Shown piece by piece: positions 1 to 7,304 of a stretch of DNA of 29,150 bases; the first letter of the stretch is position 1; each line of letters opens with the position of its first letter. This DNA is from an uncultured Chloroflexia bacterium. Lineage in GTDB: Bacteria; Chloroflexota; Limnocylindria; Limnocylindrales; CSP1-4. The translations under genes were made by a program, and so were the position numbers. The DNA lies in assembly GCA_963734535.1 (NCBI GenBank), contig CAVTHS010000012.1:1-29150 (forward strand). Reading direction: 5' to 3'. The notes below the pieces were generated by a model. That model searched no databases and had not been told where the DNA came from. It saw only the letters and a program-made list of their open reading frames with translations.

Positions 1-37
1 GGGACCCTCGTTGGCCCCGCGCGCTATCGTGCCGGGC

Positions 38-679
38 ATGCAGACCGTCCGGGGCGCCCCGATCGTCGTCCTCGGCCACGGGGCATCCGGGTCGGCAGCG
101 ACGATGGCGCCGCACGTCGCGGGCCTCCGTGCCCGCGGGATCGACGCCCGCGCGATCGATCTCCCGAAAGGGCGCGCCGAACGCGCCGTCCCGCTGTTCG
201 CAGCGCTCATGGCCCGCGGCCGCGCGGGTGCCGGACGGGGGCACGCGGCAGGCGAGCGAGAGGTTGCCGCCGGGCCTCGGCCCGCGGCGGGGGCTCCAGT
301 CGCGGCGGGGCCGGAGATCGCCGTCGGCGGCCACTCGTTCGGCGGGCGTGTCGCGAGCCTCGCGGCCGCGGATGCGTGCGACGCGGGCCGGCCACCCCTC
401 GGGCTGGTCCTGCTCTCCTACCCGCTCCACCCTCCGGGACGCCCGGACGACTGGGACGCACGGACGGCGCACTGGCCCCGGCTCACCTGCCCGGTCATCC
501 TGCTGTCCGGGACATCGGACCCGTTCGCCCAGCCAGCTCTGCTCCAGCGGGCGATGGCCGAGCGGCTCCCGCACGCGGAGCTCGTCACGTACCCGCGCCA
601 GGGCCACGGGCTGGCCGCGGTCCTCGACGACGTGCTGGACCGGGTCGCGGCGTTCCTGCTCAGCGCCGCCACGTCATGA
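38..679 (+). CDS. Alpha/beta-hydrolase (KANL3/Tex30-like family)
   Basis: Motifs HGASG, nucleophile elbow GHSFGG, SYPLHPPG, GTSDPF and terminal GHGL. The ATG at 38 lies 7 nt after TATCGT, so a leaderless start is preferred over the TTG at 11. Confidence 0.85.
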   Translation: MQTVRGAPIVVLGHGASGSAATMAPHVAGLRARGIDARAIDLPKGRAERAVPLFAALMARGRAGAGRGHAAGEREVAAGPRPAAGAPVAAGPEIAVGGHSFGGRVASLAAADACDAGRPPLGLVLLSYPLHPPGRPDDWDARTAHWPRLTCPVILLSGTSDPFAQPALLQRAMAERLPHAELVTYPRQGHGLAAVLDDVLDRVAAFLLSAATS

Positions 680-753
680 GAGGCGGTTCGCGGTAGGGTC
701 TCCGAGGGCCAGTGCACCGCTGATGTCGCCTCGAACCAAGAGGTACACCCCGC

Positions 754-1224
754 ATGTCCGATCCGTTTCTGCCAGCAGATATCCAGGCCTCGCTCCACGA
801 GGGCCATGACGTCATGCGGGCGCTGGTGACGGGGCTCCCGGCTGCCGCGGTCGACTGGAAGCCGGGCGCGGGGACGAACTCGATCGCGGCGCTTGTCACG
901 CACACCCTCGATGCCGAACGGCACCTGACGGCGGCCGTCGCCGATCTCTCATTGCCACGGGACCGCGAGGCGGCATTCCGCGTTGAAGGGCTGACGGGCG
1001 ACGACCTGGTGGCCATGATCGACGCTACTGAGCTGGACGTGGATCGTCAGCTGGGACTGGTCACCCCGGATCGACTCCGGGCCACGATCGTGCGCCCGAA
1101 CCGCACCGAGACGGGCACGCGCTGGCTCATCCGCGTGGCTGCCCACAGCCGCGAGCACATCGGCCACGCGAGCCTGACACGCCAGCTCGCCGAGCAGGCG
1201 GGCGTGGACGACCACGATGGCTGA
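754..1224 (+). CDS. DinB/DUF664-like four-helix-bundle protein
   Basis: 156 aa with NSIAALVTH and C-terminal HSREHIGH, the His pattern of the DinB/YfiT superfamily. Confidence 0.75.
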   Translation: MSDPFLPADIQASLHEGHDVMRALVTGLPAAAVDWKPGAGTNSIAALVTHTLDAERHLTAAVADLSLPRDREAAFRVEGLTGDDLVAMIDATELDVDRQLGLVTPDRLRATIVRPNRTETGTRWLIRVAAHSREHIGHASLTRQLAEQAGVDDHDG

Positions 1225-1236
1225 GGGACGAAGCAC

Positions 1237-1311
1237 TGGTGAGCCCGCTGGGATTCGAACCCAGGACGCAGGGATTAAAAGTCCCTCGCTCTGCCGCTGA
1301 GCTACGGGCCC
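1237..1311 (-). tRNA. tRNA-Lys (anticodon UUU), CCA encoded
   Basis: The reverse complement is GGGCCCGTAGCTCAGCGGCAGAGCGAGGGA-CTTTTAA-TCCCTGCGTCCTGGGTTCGAATCCCAGCGGGCTCACCA. It forms a cloverleaf with a GTTCGAATC T-loop and a TTT anticodon. Confidence 0.97.
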
Positions 1312-1400
1312 ACGCGGCGTAGACGATACCCGGCCACGGCCGACCGGTGTGCCGACCGTCAGCGCCCGCCGTGCCGGGGAGAGGCGGCGAGGACAAATGG

Positions 1401-1430
1401 TTGCGCGGATCGGCCGGGACAGGGTATGGT
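1401..1430 (+). promoter_or_regulatory. Sigma70-type promoter of the dap operon leader
   Basis: TTGCGC (1401-1406), an 18-nt spacer, then TATGGT (1425-1430). An ATG follows 7 nt later. Confidence 0.6.
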
Positions 1431-1437
1431 CCGCGCC

Positions 1438-1515
1438 ATGCGCTGGCATCTTGTCTCGAACGAGGCGAAGAAGCCCTGGCGGCCCTGCCGGGAGGCACGG
1501 GCCCTGGGGCTCTGA
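1438..1515 (+). CDS. Putative leaderless leader peptide with tandem Lys codons (MRWHLVSNEAKKPWRPCREARALGL)
   Basis: Translated by hand. AAG AAG lies at 1468-1473. The ORF sits between the promoter and a terminator upstream of dapB. Confidence 0.6.
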   Translation: MRWHLVSNEAKKPWRPCREARALGL

Positions 1516-1563
1516 CGGCGCGCGACGACGACCGGGGGTCTCCAGGGAACGGAGGCTCCGAGG

Positions 1564-1595
1564 GCCGCGGACACCGATGGTGACCGCGGCTTTTT
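1564..1595 (+). terminator. Intrinsic terminator/attenuator hairpin upstream of dapB
   Basis: GCCGCGG-ACACC-GAT-GGTGA-CCGCGGC followed by TTTTT. Confidence 0.7.
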
Positions 1596-1673
1596 GATTC
1601 GCCCAGCGGCGAACCGGTCCTCCTCCTCCCCGGCTGATCCCGCGTGATGGCAACAGACGCGGAGGACACCACG

Positions 1674-2435
1674 ATGCAGGCACTGATCCTGGGCGATGGC
1701 CCGTTCGGACGGGCGGTCGCCGATGCTCTCGGGGCGCGCGGCATGGACGCGCGGCTCGCGGGTCGCCCGTCGGCGGGTGGCCACGACCCCGCCGCCTTCG
1801 CGGGAGTGGACATCGTGGTCGACGCGTCGCGCGGCGAATTGGTGCTCGGCAACGTTGCCGCCGCCGTCGAGGGTGGCGTCCGCAGGTTCACGATTGCCAC
1901 CACGGCCTGGGAAACCGACCGGCGCGCCGTCGCGGAGCTGCTGCGTGCGCGCGGCGCGGCGGCGGTGGCCGCGTCCAACTTCAGCCCCGGCGCGCTCGTC
2001 TTCGCTCAGCTCGCGGAGATGGCCGCACGGCTCACCGCGCGACTCCCTGGCTACGAGCCGTACATCGTGGAGTGGCACCGCCACGGGAAGGCCGACCGTC
2101 CATCCGGCACCGCTCGCGACCTGGCCCGGCGCATCCTCGCGGTCGACCCCGCGCGCGATCGCGTCTCCACACCGGCCGAGGGTCCCGCCGAGGCCGGGAC
2201 GCTGGAGGTCGTCGGGGTGCGGGCCGGCACGAACCCCGGCCGGCATCTCGTGGGCTTCGACGGCCCCGGCGAGACGATCGAATTGAGCCTGACCGCCCGG
2301 GACCGGGGAGCGTGCGCGTCGGGCGTCGCTGCTGCCGTCGAGTGGCTCCTCGCCGAGCCGCGACCGGCGGGCCTCCACCCCTTCGAGGCAGTCCTCGGCG
2401 CCGACGACCGGACGGAGGTGCGGGCTGCCAGCTGA
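1674..2435 (+). CDS. dapB: 4-hydroxy-tetrahydrodipicolinate reductase
   Basis: N-terminal LILGDGPFG Rossmann motif, ASNFS and EWHRHGKADRPSGTA. GGAGG RBS at 1661 precedes ATG 1674. Confidence 0.9.
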   Translation: MQALILGDGPFGRAVADALGARGMDARLAGRPSAGGHDPAAFAGVDIVVDASRGELVLGNVAAAVEGGVRRFTIATTAWETDRRAVAELLRARGAAAVAASNFSPGALVFAQLAEMAARLTARLPGYEPYIVEWHRHGKADRPSGTARDLARRILAVDPARDRVSTPAEGPAEAGTLEVVGVRAGTNPGRHLVGFDGPGETIELSLTARDRGACASGVAAAVEWLLAEPRPAGLHPFEAVLGADDRTEVRAAS

Positions 2436-2510
2436 CGCCGCCACGCCGATCGACCCCGATCGACCCGACCGCGCCACGCCCCTCCCTCGAACTTCGAAAG
2501 GAATCCACCG

Positions 2511-3500
2511 ATGACGCCGATCAGCCGCTCACCGAACCGTCCGCGCCCGGCCCTCCGTGGCGCGTTCACCGCTCTCGTCACGCCGTTCACATCGGACGGC
2601 GCGCTCGACGAGGATGCCTTCCGGCGCCTCGTCAGCTGGCAGCTGCTCTCCGGGATCGACGGCCTCGTCCCGTGCGGGACCACCGGCGAGGCCCCGACCC
2701 TGAGCCAGGCGGAACGCGAGCGGCTGGTCGCGATCACCGTCGAGGTGGCGGCCTCACGCCCGTCGCGCCGCCGCGTGACGATCGTCGCCGGCACCGGAAC
2801 GAACGACACGGACGCGACGATCGGCGCGACCCGGCGGGCAGCCGAGCTCGGCGCTGACGCGGCCCTCGTCGTCGCCCCGTACTACAACCGGCCGGACCAG
2901 CGGATGCTCGAGAGCCATTTCCGGGCCGTCGCCGACGAGAGCGGGCTGCCCGTGGTGGTCTACAACGTCCCGTCGCGGACCGGCACCAACGTGGAGGCCG
3001 ACACGTTCCTCCGGCTCGCTGAGCATCCGCGGATCGTCGCGGTCAAGGAAGCATCCGGGAACCTCGAGCAGATCGCCCGCATCTGCCGCGAGCGGCCGCC
3101 CGATGTCGCCGTGCTGGCCGGCGACGACGCCTGGACCCTGCCGATCCTCGCGCTTGGCGGGAACGGCGTCATCTCCGTCGCCTCGAACGAGATCCCCGGC
3201 GAGATGGTCGCGCTCTGCGCGGCCGCCGGCGCGGGCGACTGGGAGCACGCCCGAAGGATCCACGAGCGATGGCTGCCGCTCATGCTCGCCAACTTCCGGG
3301 GCGCCCCGAACCCGGTCCCGGTCAAGGCCGCGCTGGCCCTCATGGGGCTCGCCACCGACGCGGTGCGCCGGCCGCTCCTTTCGCTCGACGATGACGCGCG
3401 TGAGCGACTGACGCATCTTCTCCGCTCCCTCGGCCTCCTGGAGCTCCCAGGTGGCCGGGCCGTGCCGGAGGCCGTGATGGCGGTCGAGGGGGCGGCGTGA
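2511..3500 (+). CDS. dapA: 4-hydroxy-tetrahydrodipicolinate synthase
   Basis: Motifs ALVTPF, GTTGE, PYYNRP, YNVPSRTG, KEASG (Schiff-base Lys) and PNPVPVK. Confidence 0.95.
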   Translation: MTPISRSPNRPRPALRGAFTALVTPFTSDGALDEDAFRRLVSWQLLSGIDGLVPCGTTGEAPTLSQAERERLVAITVEVAASRPSRRRVTIVAGTGTNDTDATIGATRRAAELGADAALVVAPYYNRPDQRMLESHFRAVADESGLPVVVYNVPSRTGTNVEADTFLRLAEHPRIVAVKEASGNLEQIARICRERPPDVAVLAGDDAWTLPILALGGNGVISVASNEIPGEMVALCAAAGAGDWEHARRIHERWLPLMLANFRGAPNPVPVKAALALMGLATDAVRRPLLSLDDDARERLTHLLRSLGLLELPGGRAVPEAVMAVEGAA

Positions 3501-4363
3501 ACACGGGGAGCCGTGCCGCGGACGCTCCGCCCACGGCGAGCGCGGGGGCAACGGCCGGCATGCTATCGCCGGGGGCGATCCTCGACGCCCTGGAATCGGG
3601 CCGCCTCCGGGCGGCCGCCCCGGATCCCGGGGCGGCGGGCGGCTGGAGGCTCGACCCCGGCGCGCGTGGCGCCATCCTCTCGCTCTTCGCAGACCGCGTC
3701 ACCCGGCCGTGGTCCGCCGACGAGACGTTCGGGTTCGTGGACCGGGTCGGCCTGCCTCCGAAGGACGTCATGGGCTCCGCAGACGCGCGCGCGGCGGCAA
3801 CGGCCGGCCGCCCGTGGAGGATCGTCCCCGGTGGGACGGCGATCCGGGCGGGCGCCCACCTCGAGCCCGGCGTCGTCGTGATGCCGCCGTCGTACGTGAA
3901 CGTCGGCGCCTGGATCGGGACCGACACGATGGTGGACTCGCACGTGCTCGTCGGTTCGTGCGCACAGGTCGGAGCGCGCGTCCATCTCTCGGCGGGGGTC
4001 ATGCTGGGCGGCGTCCTGGAGCCGGCCGGTGCGCGACCCGTGATCATCGAGGACGATGCGTTCGTCGGGGCCGGCTGCCTGCTGCTCGACGGCGTGCTGG
4101 TCGGGCGGGGCGCGGTCCTGGCCGCGGGGGTCACCCTCACGGGGACGTCGCGCCTGTACGACCTCGTCGGTGAACGAGTCCTGGCAGGGACGACCAACGC
4201 GCCGCTCTGCGTGCCGCCGGGAGCGGTGGTCGTGCCGGGGACGCGCTCGCTGCCCGGCGAGTTCGCGACGCAGCACGGGATCGGCGGGCAGGTCGCCCTG
4301 ATCGTGAAGCAGCGTGACGCCCGGACCGACGCGCGGGTCGCCCTCGAGGATGCGCTCCGATGA
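3497..4363 (+). CDS. dapD: Tetrahydrodipicolinate N-succinyltransferase (DapD-type, left-handed beta-helix)
   Basis: Motifs RIVPGG, MPPSYVNVGA, MVDSHVLVGSCAQVG, GGVLEP and a C-terminal LEDALR. GTGA overlap with dapA. Confidence 0.9.
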   Translation: MNTGSRAADAPPTASAGATAGMLSPGAILDALESGRLRAAAPDPGAAGGWRLDPGARGAILSLFADRVTRPWSADETFGFVDRVGLPPKDVMGSADARAAATAGRPWRIVPGGTAIRAGAHLEPGVVVMPPSYVNVGAWIGTDTMVDSHVLVGSCAQVGARVHLSAGVMLGGVLEPAGARPVIIEDDAFVGAGCLLLDGVLVGRGAVLAAGVTLTGTSRLYDLVGERVLAGTTNAPLCVPPGAVVVPGTRSLPGEFATQHGIGGQVALIVKQRDARTDARVALEDALR

Positions 4364-5691
4364 GGATGCCGACACCGGGCCTCGACCCGCCGCGACGCGG
4401 GCGGCCGCCGGCCCGCAACGAGATCCTGCGGGGCGACCGGCTGGGCGGCCTCGACCCCGCAGACCTCGCAGCTCGATACGGCACGCCGTTCCATGTCTAC
4501 GACCTCGACGTCATCGAGCGCCAGGTCGAGACGCTGCGGGCGGCCCTGCCGGCAGTCGTCGAGATCGCGTACGCCGTCAAGGCCAACCCAGCGCTCGCGA
4601 TCGTGGCCCACCTCGGCGCGCTCGGGCTGGGCGCCGATGTCGCATCCGGCGGCGAGCTCGCCACCGCCCGCCGGGCGGGCATCCCCGCGGACCGGATCGT
4701 GGTCACGGGCCCCGGCAAGCGCGACACGGAGCTGCGCGATGCCGTCGAAGCCGGCGTGCGCGCGATCACCGTCGAGTCGCTGGGCGAGCTCGATCGCCTC
4801 GAGGCGATCGCATCCCCCGCGGGCAGGCGCGTGCCCGTCCTCCTGCGGGCGTCCGTCGGGACGGCCGACGGCCTTGAGCGAGTCCGGCTCGTCGGCGACG
4901 ATGGGGCCGGGAAGTTCGGCATGGACGAGCCGGACCTGCGGGCCGCGGCGCGCACGGCCGCCCGATCGGCGCACCTGGAGCTCCTCGGGATCCACCGCTT
5001 CGGAGCGTCGAACGTCCTCGACGCGGGCCGCCTGGCGGCTCACGTCGCGGAGACCGTGGAGCTGGCACGGGCGATCGCCGGGCACGCCGGGGCGGACCTG
5101 CGCGTCGTGGATGCCGGCGGTGGCCTCGGGATCCCGTACGAGCCTCACGAGGAATCGCTCGACGTGGCCGGCTTCGGGAGGCGCTTGGCGTCGCTCGCGG
5201 ACGCCTGGGCGGCCACCCCGGGCCTGCGCGACGTCCGGCTGCTCCTGGAGCCCGGTCGCTGGCTGGTCGGGGCCGCGGGGGCCTACGTCGCGCGGGTCGT
5301 CGACCGCAAGCGTGTCGGCGAGGCCGAGGTCGCCGTCCTCGACGGTGGGGTCCACCACCTCGTCCGGCCGGCCCTCGTCGGGCAGGAGCATCGCGTCCGG
5401 GTCCTCGGCGCCGATCCGCGGACGGCTCGATCGTGGCCGGTCACGATCGCCGGGCCGCTCTGCTCCGGACTGGACGTCTTTGCGGCCAACGCACGGCTGC
5501 CCGCTCCTACGGTGGGCGACCTAATCGCCGTCCTCGACACGGGTGCGTACGGCTTCACCGAGTCGATGCCGCTCTTCCTGAGCCACCCGATCCCGGCCGA
5601 GGTCGCGATCCGCGGCGGACGCTCGGCGCTGATCCGGCCGCGCATGGAGCCGGCGGAGTGGCTGGACCGGCAGCTGCTCCCGGCCTGGTGA
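4360..5691 (+). CDS. lysA: PLP-dependent fold-III (group IV) decarboxylase in the lysA position; BtrK/SbnH-like motifs; probable diaminopimelate decarboxylase
   Basis: Motifs YAVKANP, DVASGGE, GPGK, KFG, GGGLG, EPGR, GPLC and GAYG. Last gene of the dap operon, with ATGA overlap. The gene symbol comes from context, since the substrate-specificity motifs are atypical. Confidence 0.65.
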   Translation: MRMPTPGLDPPRRGRPPARNEILRGDRLGGLDPADLAARYGTPFHVYDLDVIERQVETLRAALPAVVEIAYAVKANPALAIVAHLGALGLGADVASGGELATARRAGIPADRIVVTGPGKRDTELRDAVEAGVRAITVESLGELDRLEAIASPAGRRVPVLLRASVGTADGLERVRLVGDDGAGKFGMDEPDLRAAARTAARSAHLELLGIHRFGASNVLDAGRLAAHVAETVELARAIAGHAGADLRVVDAGGGLGIPYEPHEESLDVAGFGRRLASLADAWAATPGLRDVRLLLEPGRWLVGAAGAYVARVVDRKRVGEAEVAVLDGGVHHLVRPALVGQEHRVRVLGADPRTARSWPVTIAGPLCSGLDVFAANARLPAPTVGDLIAVLDTGAYGFTESMPLFLSHPIPAEVAIRGGRSALIRPRMEPAEWLDRQLLPAW

Positions 5692-5742
5692 CCGTCGGCT
5701 GCTCCCTGCCTGGTGAGCGGCATGTGCTCCCGGCCTGGTGAC
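5675..5742 (+). repeat. Three-copy direct repeat, 25-bp period, core TGCTCCC(G/T)GCCTGGTGA
   Basis: Copies start at 5675, 5700 and 5725. The first copy is the end of the decarboxylase gene, including its TGA. Confidence 0.85.
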
Positions 5743-5776
5743 GGGCCTTCAGGCGGTCTCCCGGTATCATCGTCGG

Positions 5777-6238
5777 GTGACGGACTTCTACGACATCGAC
5801 CGAGCGAACGCCCGCCTCCCCGAGGTCCGCGCCGTGCTCGAGCAGCTCCGCTCGGAGCGCCGCGAGCTGGTGGCGCTCCGCGATCGGCTCATCGTGGCAC
5901 GCCGAGGGGCTGAGGTGCCGAGCAACGGACGAACGCTGGTCGACGAGGCGCTCGGCGAGGCAGCCGACGGCACGCACGAATCGGTGACGTCCGACTCCCC
6001 CCGCGTCCTCGACGCGCGGATCCGCGCCGTGATCGACCAGATGCAGGCTGCCGTCGCTCGCCTCGACGAGTGGAGCGTGCAGCTCCGCGACATCGAGGAC
6101 GGCCTGGCGGACTTCCCGGCGCTCGTCAACGGACGCCAGGTGTGGCTCTGCTGGCAGCTCGGCGAGGACGAGATCCACTTCTGGCACGACCTCACCTCGG
6201 GCTTCGGGGGACGGCGACCGCTCATCGAGCTCACGTGA
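5777..6238 (+). CDS. DUF2203 family protein
   Basis: Motifs FYDIDRANARLP, RDIEDGLADFP, LCWQLGE, WHDLTSGFGGRRP. The GTG lies 6 nt after TATCAT (leaderless). Confidence 0.85.
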   Translation: MTDFYDIDRANARLPEVRAVLEQLRSERRELVALRDRLIVARRGAEVPSNGRTLVDEALGEAADGTHESVTSDSPRVLDARIRAVIDQMQAAVARLDEWSVQLRDIEDGLADFPALVNGRQVWLCWQLGEDEIHFWHDLTSGFGGRRPLIELT

Positions 6239-6873
6239 GCGGCCCGCGCGCGATCGCGGCCCCCGGGCGCGTCATGGAGCGAGGGCGCTCGAAGGCGCAT
6301 CGGCCGCTGCCGGCCGACCTCCGTCGGGCGGCCGTGGCGCGGGGGCTCGCCGCCTACGAGCGCGGCGCCTGGTACCTCGCCCACGAGGAGCTGGAGCCGG
6401 CGTGGATGGGGACCGCCGACCTGGCCGAGCGGGCGCTTCTGAGCGGCCTCATCAAGGTCGCGGCCGCCTACGTGCACGCGGAGCGTGGGAACCCGCTCGG
6501 CGTCCGGACCAACCTCCGGGGCGCCCGCGAGCGCCTGGCCGCAGCTGCCGTCACTGCTCCGGCCGCGGCCGGCGCGCGGACCGGCCCGGCGGCACCGACG
6601 CCCGGGTGGTCGGGAGCCACCGAGCGGATCGACCTGCCTGCGCTCCTCGACGCGGTGGACGACCGGCTGGCGCGAATCGACGTCATCTGCAACGGCCGGG
6701 AGGCGGCGCCGATCGCCAGCCGGGGCGCAGGCGTGGCCGCCGCGGGCGCGGTCCCCGCCGCGAGCGACGCGGGCCTGGTCGTGCCGCCGCACGATGTCGC
6801 CGGGCCGGCCGGCCGGTTCCGCGGGGCGCCCGTCGCAATCCCGCCGATCCCGATCCCCCGGACGCCGGCCTGA
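6235..6873 (+). CDS. DUF309 family protein
   Basis: Motif GLAAYERGAWYLAHEELEPAW...GLIKVAAAYVH. The GTG start overlaps the upstream stop (GTGA). Confidence 0.8.
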   Translation: MSGPRAIAAPGRVMERGRSKAHRPLPADLRRAAVARGLAAYERGAWYLAHEELEPAWMGTADLAERALLSGLIKVAAAYVHAERGNPLGVRTNLRGARERLAAAAVTAPAAAGARTGPAAPTPGWSGATERIDLPALLDAVDDRLARIDVICNGREAAPIASRGAGVAAAGAVPAASDAGLVVPPHDVAGPAGRFRGAPVAIPPIPIPRTPA

Positions 6874-7259
6874 TGCAGCCCCCGGTTCCGCTCCCGACCA
6901 TCAGCGCCGTCGACGCCGACGCGGCCCGCAGGGAGGACCTCGGGGCACCGGCAGGGCAGCCCGCGCCGATCCTGCTCGATGTGCGGGAGCGCCACGAGTT
7001 CGTCGCCGTCCGCGTCCCGGGCGCGCTCCTCTACCCGACCTCGACCTTCCTGGCCCGCTTCGAGGAGCTCCCCCGGGACCGTCCGCTCCATGTCATCTGT
7101 CACACCGGCAACCGCTCCGCGGCCGTGACCGCGTTCCTCGTCCGCAACGGCTGGGCCGACGCCTGGAACGTGGCCGGCGGCATGGACGCCTGGGAGCGGG
7201 CCGGGCTCGAGGTCCGGCGCGGGCCGCTCGCCCCTGGCGAGGGTGACCCGCGCGACTGA
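6873..7259 (+). CDS. Single-domain rhodanese/sulfurtransferase
   Basis: Motifs LLDVRE, active-site loop CHTGNRS and NVAGGMDAW. TGATG coupling to the upstream gene. Confidence 0.9.
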   Translation: MQPPVPLPTISAVDADAARREDLGAPAGQPAPILLDVRERHEFVAVRVPGALLYPTSTFLARFEELPRDRPLHVICHTGNRSAAVTAFLVRNGWADAWNVAGGMDAWERAGLEVRRGPLAPGEGDPRD

Positions 7260-7304
7260 CCCGGCGAGCGGGCGAGCGCGACCTCGGACGCGCGGTCGGG
7301 CGCG

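Noticed and set aside
1237-1311. tRNA as an integration site for an island
   Set aside because: No integrase, no duplicated tRNA 3' end and no compositional shift were seen.
1380-1600. Lysine riboswitch or T-box upstream of dapB
   Set aside because: No L-box pattern (AGAGGNGC...GCCGAA...closing P1) is present after the predicted +1. The T-box-like strings GGGTATGGTCCGCG (in the promoter) and TGGTGACCGCG (terminator 3' arm) are misplaced and deviate from GGTGGNACCGCG. cmscan should confirm.
5675-5742. CRISPR array
   Set aside because: The 17-bp cores with 8-bp spacers are too short, and no cas genes are present.
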